From the NCBI GenBank assembly GCA_050273025.1, contig CP158635.1, positions 27,156,001-27,220,000 on the forward strand: a stretch of DNA of 64,000 nucleotides, written 5' to 3'. The translations under genes and the position numbers were made by a program. The notes beneath the pieces are model-generated. The model did not search any database, was not told where the DNA came from, and saw nothing but the letters and a program-made list of their open reading frames with translations. This DNA is from Cenococcum geophilum. Lineage: Eukaryota. Below are positions 26,901 through 38,309 of this stretch, one piece after another. Every line of letters begins with the position of its first letter. The stretch's first letter is position 1.

Positions 26901-28691
26901 CTACTACACGACCTATGGAACGAGATAGTTAATAGCGTAGTCTACCTTCAAGATCGAACGCCACGAGAAAGCAATGGATAGAAATTGCCATATAAGAGGT
27001 TCTATACCTTCCTAGCTAATGGGAAATTAAGAAAGCCGCAACTAGCGTACCTAAAAGCCTACGGCTGTAGGGCGTACGCAATAATATCGGACGCCTAGCT
27101 AAAGAAGAAAAGGCTAAGCAAGCTAGATCCGTAAGCCTATATTAGCTACCTTGTTGGCTATAACTCTACTAATATATATAGGATCTAGATCCTATATAAG
27201 GGTATCGTTATCTCTACTAGGGACGTCATCTTTAATGAAAAAACGTTCTTTAACGGTAAGTAAACGGATATCTTAAAGGATCTACACGCCGAATTAGAAA
27301 CGCTAATTAAGAAGATTTAACTTCCTAATAGCCTAACTAAGAATAAGGTTCTTCTAGAAGACGATAAAGAAGTATTTAAACCGTTAATTTAAGAGGAAGA
27401 CGATAACGTCGATAAACTAGTTTAAGCCTTAATAAGTTAGCAGATCTTAAGCTTACAAGAGCTCTTAAAGATGCGTACTATACGCTACCTCTAATAGAAG
27501 AAGACAAAGAATCTCTATATGCCTTTTACGTTAAGTACCCTATAAGGTTAGATATACTAAATTAGGACATTATCTAATAAAAAGGAGACGGGTTTAATAC
27601 TTAGGGGGTATTTAATGACTTGGTTAAAGACTTATTCAAGGAAGCCTGCGATAATAGGTTTAAAGACTTTATTACTAAAAGGATTACTTTAGCCTATCAC
27701 GGCGCCTTCTTAGCAGGAAGGAAGTTTAACCTTAATAGTTAACTTAACGACAGTAAGCTAAAATTAGGCAGAATACGTAATGTTAGATTATATAGGAAGA
27801 ACCTACCTCCGCCACCTTAGTTAATTTAGAACCTTAATACGCACCCTCTTTAAGATTAGTTCTAAGAGGCTTAACGAGCCTATCTCTAATCTTATTATTA
27901 AATAAGGTTGTTTTAAGAAACAGATAAGAAGTATATAAAGGGACAGCAGGTCCTTAACTTAATATAGGTGTTCGTCTATAAGACGGATAAGTATAAATTT
28001 ATCTAGAAATATAAAGCACGCTTAGTAGTCTACGGAAATTAATAGGCCCTAGAAGACCTACCTATAAGAGCTACTATATTAGCTAGTATAACCTTCCGAA
28101 CCCTTATGGCGATTACTACAAAATTCGACTTAGAGACGATATAGATAGATATAGTTAATGCGTTTGTCTATTACGATCTTAATAAGGTTATCTATATAAA
28201 GCTACCGCCAGGGTTTAATAAAGGAAAGATAGATAAAGTACTGTGCTTAATGTTACGGACGCTTTAAGTACGATGTTATAACTACTTGGAGAAGAGATGG
28301 AAGAAGCTAGTTGGTTAATTTAGGCACGGTTTAGGATAGAGCCGATAGAACTATGTGACGAGGAATGGTAACCAAGGTCACATGATGTGCTACGTATTGA
28401 ACGAGAGGAACGAGAGGAACTTACGTACCTTATATATAAGACGTACATTACGTATAAGAAGGATTTTATAAAAGTATGGTTGTGTATTTAAGGACCCTTA
28501 GTCCCTACCTAAATAGTTCCTTCCTTATAGTGATTCTTAGAATACAATTAGAGTTAATCTATTAGGCAACCACTCCACCAGTTATTATTACGTTGTTAAC
28601 TTTTATACTTGTATTTCCTACATACCTAGCCTAATAACGAGCCTACCGTAGTTCTTACTATAAGGTTCCGTTATATAATTACTACCTAGTT

Positions 28692-31600
28692 ATGGTATTA
28701 ATACAAGAAGTTAAATAATATACTACCAAAAGCAGCCACTATGACGCCATTAACGGCAGCAACTACTTTAAGGATAGGGGGTAATACCAGTATGGTAGAT
28801 ACTGACTTATAGCAACCTATAACGGTCGGATAGCTATAGGAAATAGTTAACTAGCTAATAGCTAATAATATAGTGTTAGAAGAAAGACTTAACGGGATAG
28901 GAGTAGTAAAGATTAAGCTACTATTAATTAAGAGATTTATAGGAGAGAGGTTAAAGCTTAAAGGATTCCTTACGTAAATGCACTTTAAGGTCTTATAAGA
29001 GGGAGTAAAGTTACCTATACCCGTGGATCGGATAGCCTACGTAAGACTATTCTTATTAGGAAGAGCACTTAAATGGTTTAAACTTTACCTTATAGAGATA
29101 TAGGTAAACGGAATAACAACTACTAACTAAGACGTGCAATTTATGTTCTTAAGTTGGGAAGGATTTGTAGAATAACTTACGTAGATATTTGGAGACCTGG
29201 AAGAAATAACTATAGCAGAAAGAAAACTCCAGAACCTCGTGCAATGAACTTTAGTAATTAAGTATATAATATAGTTCCAGACACTAGTAATATAAGTAGA
29301 GTGGAATAATAGGGCGCTTAAGGCACAGTATAAATAGGGACTTAAGGCTAAAGTCTAGGACGCGATTATTCTAATAGAAGATGCGGATACCCTAAGAGAA
29401 CTAATAGATTAGGCGATTAAGATTAATAATTGGATCTATTAAAGGGAACAGGCTAAGAGAGGCTAGGATAGAGTTCTATAGTTATATAAGGCGCAGAGTA
29501 CGCAATAATAAAAGCTAAGTTAGAAACTATGGTATAGCGCAGAGCTAATAGACCTAAGTAGTACTAAAGAAGCCTATAAGAGATAGAGCAAACTATAGAA
29601 ACCTAGAGGATAAGGATTAGATAATTAAAGGTCTAAGGAGCAGAGGCTGAATTAGGGATCTTATTAGTAAAAGATATTTAGGCGGACTCTATAGCAAGAG
29701 AAATGGTTTAAAGAAGGAGCTTATATAAATTGCGGAAAATAGGGTTATTATATTAGAGACTATAGAAGTGGGTAAAGTCACTATATAGTAAAAGGCACAA
29801 GACTAGTAGACGATATATATATATAAAGGGATGACAATATGCTACAAGGAATAAAAGAATATTTAATTAAAAGTTTTGCGTTTTATTACAATAACATATG
29901 CCAAATTTATAAAGATGCTAAGTATAGCGCAAGCTATTAGCTATAAGAGCTAGTACCTATAGGATATAAAGGAACTAACGAACTAGTTCGTAGATTGGAT
30001 ATTAAGGATAATAAATTTAACCTAGGCGAAATATTCCGTAACAATAAGGTAATAAGGGCTGCTTACTAAGAGTAAGTAGACCTTGGAGATGTTATACTAG
30101 AGGCAGAGGATAATTCCACTATAGAATAGGAAACATTAGTAGGGATCGAAACCCCACTAGATACGATGTCTATCGCTTTATAAGACGTAAGAGAAGTAGG
30201 ACAGTAAACTACTTCGGCACTTAATAAAGGCAAAAGGCTAAAGGCTTAAGATTCTTACAGCAAGATAAGAGATAACCAAGATTCTTAAAATAAGATAAGG
30301 CAAGCTTAAGGACCTATAATGGACGATAACCAATGGAGCAGAGCAGTAGCTTAGTTTAGAAATATACGAATAAGCTTAGGATAGAAGTTCCTATAGGCAC
30401 AAGATTCTTAAGACAAGATGAGTGAGATTTAAGACTCTTAAGATGAGATAAGAACACTAAGTAAGCCTAGTTAAACTAAGGCTGGAGCTAAGCTTAAGTT
30501 AGAAGCGAGCTCGGGATTAAAGAACCTAAGAGGTTAAGGATTTAGAGTATAAATTAGGACACCTATAAATAAGAGGTAAGGAGCTTCTTTATAGATTAGA
30601 GAATCTGCGGTATAAATAGTAATTAGACTAGAAGACAAATATATAGACCTAGAGGATTTACTAGTTAAACGAAGTGTTTAGACTAAAGATTAAAAAGTTA
30701 ATACTAGGATTAAGAAGTAAGACGACTTTAAGGATTAGAGCACAAGGTGTAAACTAAAAGAAATTATGGAAGAGTTTAGGTAAAGAATTATTGCATAGCA
30801 AGAACAGAAACTAGATAAGAGATTTAGTATATTGGGACGTATAAAGGACAGAGCACTAGTATAAAGAATTACTAATAGACTAAGAGCAGGCACACTAAGA
30901 GCTAAGTAGCTTACTAAACTGGAAGATAAAGAAGATCTAGGGATTCTAACTAGGTTTAAGGAACGATATATAAAGGGCTATTATAATATAGTAATAAGAA
31001 AATACTCCCTTACGGATAGACCGTATATACTCTAGCAGCTATACTAAAAGTAGTATAGGCAAAGGCATAATGATAAGTGGGTAGATTTCTATATATAGTT
31101 AGATAAAAAAGTTATCTAAGACTACCTAATTATAGAGAAGGCCATAACGTATATTAAAGGAGCTTTAATTATAACGTTAAAGGATCTAGAGGAACGTTTA
31201 GAGGACTAAAGAAGTAAGAGGCGCATTTTAGTACCTGCGAATAAAGTTACAACGTTTAGATTAGCATAATAGAGGTTTAAACTTAAGGATAAAGACGAGC
31301 TAAGAGTTAACCTAAAGCACCTAGCATACTATACGTTATTATAGATTGCGTGCGTAGATAACATATATAAAATGCATAAGAATCTAAAGGAAAAGAATTA
31401 GAAATACCCTATAAGGATATACTGGATAATAGACGAGTAATAGTACAGGAATGCTAAATATATGTATAAATGGCATCCAGCAGAGGTCTAAGAGGAAGGA
31501 AGTTTAGTACTTTAACTAGGAAGATTCCTTACGGAAGAATACTTAGACAGATAATAGTGGTGGGAATGCCTAGAAAATATATGTCTATGGCATATAGAAG

Positions 31601-31700
31601 ATAAAAAGCAAACTAGGCATTGGCTAAAGAGTGAGCTAAGCGCACTAGAATTAAGCAGCTAATAGTTAGGAAAAGTAGAGGCCTACGGGACCAGAGGGAG
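28692..31700 (+). pseudogene. gag: Gypsy L extended gag (capsid, CCHC knuckle, ~2 kb extension with three C-x4-C-x2-H motifs)
   Basis: LLGRALKWF ~29053; knuckle YINCGK*GYYIRDY ~29722-29763; motifs at ~29884, ~31351, ~31567. Confidence 0.8.
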
Positions 31701-34700
31701 CCAGTAGTAGAGCCTTAGACCCTTAAAGGAATTTAAGGACAACACCTAAATTTATGAGTTAATTGGCAAGATTAGCAGTTCGAAGCGCTAATAGATAGTA
31801 GAGTAACGCGAAACCATATCTTACTAGCAGTAGTTAAAAGAATAGGACTACCTTATAAATAAAAGAAGCAACCTTATCTATTAGTTACGATTTTAGGAGA
31901 TCTAATAACCTATAGAGGAGGGATTATTAATCTTAAAACAGGACCTATTTGGATAACTATTAAAGGGAGATAAATTGAGATGTCTTTTAATATCCTACTA
32001 TTAGGACGAGATAAGGCAGTATTAGGTATGCCTTAGTTATAGGAATATAATCCGAGGATTAATTAGATTATAGGTTAGGTTAATATTAGAGATACTTAAC
32101 GCCGTAAGATGTGATAATAAGCTAAGTTAGTATAGTACTAAGTAGGAGTAACCTATAAAGAAACAGAAAAAGGACTAAGTTATATACTAAAGAGATACTA
32201 TAAGTATAGTAAGAAACTATAGTTACCAGGAAGTAAGAAGCTGTTAGAATATATAGTATAGGACTATAAGATAGAGTTAGAACCAGAAATAAGTCTAAGG
32301 TTCTTTCCAATCTATAAACTTACTAAAGAAGAAGGTAGAGCGTTAAAAGAGTTTATTTAAGAAAATCTATAAAAGGGATATATTAGACCATTGTAGTTAT
32401 TAGCGGGTTATCTAGTACTGTTCGTACTAAAGAAAAATAGCAAACTAAGGCTGTGTATTAACTACAGATAGTTAAACAGCATTACTAGGAAGGATAGGTA
32501 TCCTTTGCCCTTAATTAGCGAAATTTAAGATAGGATAGGTAATGCGCAAATCTTTACAAAGATAGATTTAAGATAGGCGTACCATTAGATTAGGATTAAG
32601 GAAGGCGACGAATAGAAGGCAGCCTTTAGGTTAAAGGAAGGACTATACAAATCATTGGTTATATAATTTGGGCTTATAAACGCACCAGCAACGTTTTAAA
32701 AGCGTATTAACAATATATTAGGAGAATACTTAGATGAATTTGTTATGGTATATCTTAATAATATTATTATCTACTTAATAACTAAGGAAGAATACGGGGA
32801 ACATATTAAATAGGTCTTAAAGAGACTATAAGAAGAACAGATGCTAGTAGCAATTAAGAAATGCAAGTTCTTTACCAGGAAGACCGATTTTATTAGATTT
32901 ATTATTAAACTAGGCTAACTTAGTATAGATCTAAAGAAGATTAAGGCTATAGTAAATTGGTAGGAACTAGAGAACGTTATATAGTTAAGATCGTTCCTAG
33001 GGTTTTGCAATTACTGTAGAAGGTTTATAGCGCAGTGGTTAAAGGACATTAAGCCACTTACGAGGTTAATAAAGAAAGAAGAACTATAGGCATAGGGAGA
33101 GGAGTAAAGGGAACTCTTTAAGAAAGTTAAAGAGTTATTTACCCAGGAGCCAGTTCTTAAGATCTATTAACTAGGACTAGAGACGGTTATAGAGACGGAT
33201 GTATTAGACTATATACTAGGGGCATACTTTATATAAAGGTATTAAGATAGATGGCACCTAGTAGCATACTATAGTCGAAAGATAACACCACTAGAGTTAA
33301 ACTATAATATCTATAATAAGGAGTTATTAGGTATAGTTACAGCATTAAAGAAATAGAGAGCATTCTTACAAGGCATAGAGAAACTATTTATAGTTAAGAC
33401 GGATTATAAGAACCTAATAGGATTCCTAATAATAAAGGAACTTAACCGAAGACAGGTTAGATGGGTAGAGATACTTGCGGAATACTATTTTGAGATTTAG
33501 TATACTAAAGGTACAGACAATACGAGGGCAGATGCTCTGAGCCGTAAAGCTAAACTATAAAATGAGGAGAAGCTATTAGGGGCTTTATTGCGAAAGGATA
33601 CAGACGGATTAATTAGGTATAATCATCCAAGAATTATAGTAACTTAAGAAGATAATAAACTAGAGAAAGTCTACGAGATACCGGAAAGCTTTTGGGTATA
33701 AAGAATTCTAGAAGCATAGCTAAAAGATCCATAGATGGATATATACGAAAATTAAGAAGTAAAGTACATCCTAAGAAGCATAGCAGAGTAGTTCGTGGAA
33801 GACTTTTATAAGGGACTAACTTAAGGACACAATAGAGCTATGGGCTTAGTATTAAGACTCTAGAAGGAGTACATTATTAATAGAATCTGGAGAATAGCTA
33901 GAAAAGTTATAAAGGAATATCTAGATTGTTAAAGGAATAAACCAATAAGGCATAAGCCGTATAGAGGGCTACAACCTATTAAAATACCAGAAAAACTATA
34001 GGAGGTTATATTATAGGACTTTATTATTAAGTTGCCAAAATTAAAAGATCCTATTACTGGATAAGATTATAACGCGATCTTAGTAATAATAGATAAGCTT
34101 ATAAAATAGGGATACTTTATAGCATATATAGAAGAAATCTTAGCGGAAGATGTCGCTAGAATCTATATTAAAGAAGTGTTTGTAAGATATAGAGCATTAA
34201 GCAAGATTATATCGGATAGAGATTTAAGATTTGTAGTAGCATTCTGGGAAGTGTTCTTAGCGGAGTAAAGAGTTTAAGCAGTAACTTCTACCGCATACTA
34301 TCCGCAGACAGACGGTTAAATAGAAAGATTAAATTAGACGCTAGAGCAGTATCTAAGGTATTATGTTAATTATATATAGAACAATTGGGTATTACTATTA
34401 CCAGTTATATAGTTTGTATATAATGCAACACCTTAAAAAGGAATAGGTATATTACTATTTAAGGCAAATTATGGATATAAGCTAAGAATATCGTTGTTAT
34501 TACGGTAAGTAAAGAAAACAAGTAGTATAGCCAAAGAAAGAATAATGACGTTGATAAATCTTTATATAGACCTTATAGAATTAGTAAAGAAAGTATAAAA
34601 GAGAATAAAAAAGTACTATAATGCTAAGAGATCTAAGGGACCAGATCTTAAGGAGGGAGATAAAGTATAGTTACTATATAAAAATTTTAAGAGTTAATAA

Positions 34701-35080
34701 CCAAGTAAGAAGTTGGACTATATTAAACTAGGACCTTTCGAAATTATATAGAGGATTTCACCGGTTATATTTAAGTTAAACCTACTAGCTAAAATAAAGA
34801 TCTACCCTATACAGCACATCGCAATGCTAGAGCCAGCATATAGGAATATTAAGCCACCGGTTTATAAAGCAGACACATATAGAGGATAAGAAGAAGATAA
34901 ATAATAAGTATTAAAGATTGTTAATTATAAGGACATTAACAACAAAATATAGTATAAGGTTAAGTAGATAGGCTATACTAAGACTACCTAGGAGCTACTA
35001 GAGAATTTAAAGAACGCTATAGGAAAGGTATAGGAGTATTAAAAGAGATTAGGTTAGGCAGTATTAATAAAGAAGGATTG
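31700..35080 (+). pseudogene. pol: Gypsy L pol (PR-RT-RH-IN-chromodomain)
   Basis: ALIDSR ~31785, FGLINAP ~32667, YLNNIIIY (YLDD) ~32751, YYPQTDG ~34296, YKVK*IGY chromodomain ~34953. Confidence 0.92.
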
Positions 35081-35668
35081 CTAAAGAATAAGTTACCTAA
35101 GGGGGACCTAAGAAGAGCAGTTGCCGAACTACTTAGATCTATTTCCTTCTCTATTAGAGGAAAGTCCGTTTTTTTATTACCTAGTTCCTATAAACCTTAT
35201 TCTATAAGTTTCCACTCCTTAGAATAAACCTTCTTATAAACCTTCTTAAGACAAAGTAAACGAGTAGACGCCGCAATTTAAGTATTTAGGGCCTTCTGTT
35301 CCGCGTTATAGGAGCGTTTTAACTTAATAAGGGCTTATAACAGTTTACTATCTAGCCGCGTAGTAGTAGATTAAATATAAGACCTTAAAACAAATTAATT
35401 AGGGAACCAGACAACTATTAAGAGTAATAGGTTGCGTATATTTAGCATTAGAAGTAGAGCGAACGTTATAGGATAAATAAATATTCGCTTTAGTATACTC
35501 TAAGCAAGAGGATAGTTGTTGCGAAGATGGGTTCGCTAACGCAATATAAACTAACCCCTCTTTTAAATAATAAGAATACGAAGACGGCATAATCTTACTA
35601 AGAGATAGTATTACAGCAATAGTGCGAGCACGACGTTGGGCGTATAAAGAAGAAATTGCTTTAGGTAT
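35060..35668 (-). pseudogene. Antisense accessory gene of Gypsy L (Zn2Cys6-like + coiled coil)
   Basis: Track ORF 35399-35677: MPSSYSYYLKEGLVYIALANPSSQQLSSCLEYTKANIYLSY; fourth Cys intact, the others are Tyr. Confidence 0.65.
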
Positions 35669-37755
35669 AATAAGCAATAATATTAACCAAATTAATTAGA
35701 CGGACATTATACCTCTAGTAAATAACTTAGAGATGTTTTAAATCTTTAAGGATAAAGATAAAGAGGAGGGAGATAGTATTACGGACGCTTTAAGTACGAT
35801 GTTATAACTACTTAGAGAAGAGACGGAAGAAGCTAGTTAGTTAATTTAGGCACGGTTTAGAATAGAGCCGATAGAACTATGTAATAAGAAATGGTAACTA
35901 AGGTTATATAATGTGCTATGTATTAAACGAGAGGAATAAGAGGAACTTATGTACCTTATGTATAAGACGTATATTACGTATAAGAAGGATTTTATAGGAG
36001 TACAGTTGTGTATTTAAGAACCCTTAGTCCCTACCTAGATAGTTCCTTCCTTATAGTGATTCTCAGAATATAATTAGAGTTAATCTGTTGGGCAACCACT
36101 CCACCAGTTGTTATTACGTTGTTAACTTTTGTACTTGCATTTCCTACACACCTAGCCCAATAACGAGCCCACCGTAGTTCTTGCTACAAGGTTCCGTTAT
36201 ACTTAAGAAAAGCCCTATACGGACTACGACGATTACCACTATTATAGCAGAAGAATCTCACGAGCTTGTTAAACGAATTGGGTTTTAAAGAAGTACCTTA
36301 GGAGCTGTGTGTTATGCTAAAAGGTAGAATAGTTATCTTCTTCTACGTTAACGATATTGTCTTCTGCTACTAAAAGATAGATAAGAAGAAAGCTTAAGAA
36401 GTAATTAAGGAGCTAAGCAAGGAATACTAGATAAGTACCCTTGGCGAGCTAAAATGGTTCCTAGGAATCTACGTGCTACGCAATCGTAGCTAGAGGCTCC
36501 TATGGCTATCCTAGGAAGCTTATATTAAGAAAATAGCTAACTAGTACGAGATAGATCTTAAAGGGCGTCTTCTAGATACTTCTATGGCAGAATTAGAACT
36601 CCTTTTTACTAATCACTATATAATCCGTCTAACGCGACCGTCCCCTAATACAGACCTATTAGTCCGTCCTATATCCCTACTAGCCTCTACAATGCTATAT
36701 TAGAGAAAACTGGGTTTAGTACTTTATATAGCCACTATAACGCGTCCGGATATTACTTTTGCAGTATTATAGCTGGTAAGGTTTAATTAGAACCTAAGCT
36801 AAGAGTATTATCAAGCGGCAGATAGAGTTATCTAGTACTTATATGGCACGAGAAGCAAAGTAATCTACTATAGAGGAGATAAGGAAGGAACGAATAGTAG
36901 AGGGAGAGATAAAGAAATACGCGACAAAGGATGAGATGACGGAGATAGTAGAAGTAAAGCGCAATTATTTATTTATGCTAGCAACGCATTATTTACGGAC
37001 AACTCCGTTAATAGAAAGAGCTTGTAAGGATATATTATAAAGCTATTTAGGGGGCCAATCGCCTAGAAAGCAAATAAGTAAGATATGGTGACGACGTTAA
37101 GTATAGAAGCCGAGTTGTTAGCCCTATCTTAAATAGTAAAGGAAGCTATCTTTATCAGCAGGCTATTTAAAGTAATAACGTTAAGGCTGAACGAGCCCTT
37201 AATTATTAACTGCGATAACACTTAGACACTCTAACTAATTATAGAAGATACGGCGAAGCTAATTACGAAGCTCTAACACGTTAACATCTACTAATACTGG
37301 CTACGTTAGGAATACGCAAGGAGACGAGTACTATTTCGATAGATAGTGACGAAAGAGATGATTGCCGATGGACTTACAAAGGCCCTACCCAAGCAGAGGT
37401 TTTAAAGCTTCGTTAAAATGATCGGAATGGTGGATATTAAGGAGAAGCAACTGGAGGACCTAAGGGAGAAGATTAGAGGAAGACGGAAGGATTCAGATAA
37501 GATTACGGCTCAATTGACTTATTGACGGACACGAGAAGGTGGTTAGCTTTGACCTCAAAGAGCTCGAAGCTAAGGGGGTGTGTCAGATAATCTATATTCT
37601 CTGGTGGCGTAGTCCGTGCACGAGTCACGTGCACGAAGACACGTCACTGAAGACACGTCAGATCAAGGTCAAAAAGACACGATTAAGACGATCCTAAAGA
37701 TCAATCAATGAACCCATTTTTTATCAATGAACAGCTCAATACGAGTTTCGTGACA

Positions 37756-38035
37756 CGTAGAGCTTTATATAGAGCTTTATACAAAGCTTTATACAGAGCC
37801 TCTATATATAGAGCTTCGTGTAGAGCTTTATATATAGGGCTTTATATAAAGCCTTATATAGAGCCTTGTATAAAACTTTATATAGAGCCTTATATAAAGC
37901 TTTATATAGAGCTTTATATAGAGCTTTGCGTAGAGCTTCGCGTAGAGCTTTATATAGAGCCTTATATAAAGCTTCGTATAGAGCTTTATATAGAGCTTCG
38001 CGTAGAGCTTCGCGTAGAGCTTTATATATAGCTTT
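37756..38035. repeat. 14-bp tandem array (AGAGCTTTATATAG / AGAGCTTCGCGTAG-type), continuation of 24140-24241
   Basis: Same unit on both sides of Copia K; source of spurious ORFs 37708 and 37866. Confidence 0.92.
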
Positions 38036-38309
38036 GTGGTATTTTTATTACAATTTTATAATATTTTTATTACAGCTAAAATTAGGGTCTACTTAAGTTG
38101 CAATTTTAGTAATTTGTATAAGTAGCTTATATATTTATAGCAAATTACTGCAAATCGCTACAAATCGCCGCAAAATTACTAAAATTGCAACTTACGCAGG
38201 TTTTGCAGACCCCGATTTTCGTTTGCGACAACGTGCCTAAAAAAATTTCCTAATGTTAGCTATCTATACCGTGACTTCCTGTCTAAGAGAGGTTATACCC
38301 TCCTATAGT

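Larger units (their letters stand above)
28251..36201 (+). mobile_element. Full-length uninterrupted Ty3/Gypsy chromovirus L (7951 bp), same lineage as A and I
   Basis: 425-bp LTRs 28251-28675 and 35777-36201, TSD CTTAA, PPT AAGAGGAGGGAGATAG. Confidence 0.95.
24690..37430 (+). pseudogene. Copia K gag-pol remnant (split at 28251-36206)
   Basis: Protease ILDLGTT ~25895, YLRLGH ~26362, NGTAER ~26832, YKARLVV ~28010, KALYGL ~36208, FYVNDI ~36341, MIADGLTKAL ~37358. Confidence 0.9.
24242..37755 (+). mobile_element. Full-length Ty1/Copia LTR retrotransposon K, interrupted by Gypsy L
   Basis: LTRs 24242-24403 and 37581-37755; PBS GTTATAAGCCTAG (RIP of the GTTATGAGCCC half-tRNA-iMet type); PPT AAGGGGGTG; TSD TATAG/CGTAG (transitions only); inserted in a 14-bp repeat array of D. 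Confidence 0.92.
22830..38255. mobile_element. Non-autonomous TIR DNA element D (~1.9 kb without nested Copia), RIP'd CATCAG termini, CMC/EnSpm-like
   Basis: Left TATCAGAAGAAAAAATTTAGGC, right GCCTAAAAAAATTTCCTAATG, TT on both flanks; inverted subterminal GCGRTTTGCRGYAATTTGCT; core homologous to 49914-51910. Confidence 0.7.

Noticed and set aside
37708..38096. RALY/IELY repeat ORFs
   Set aside because: Translations of the 14-bp tandem array, one starting inside an LTR.
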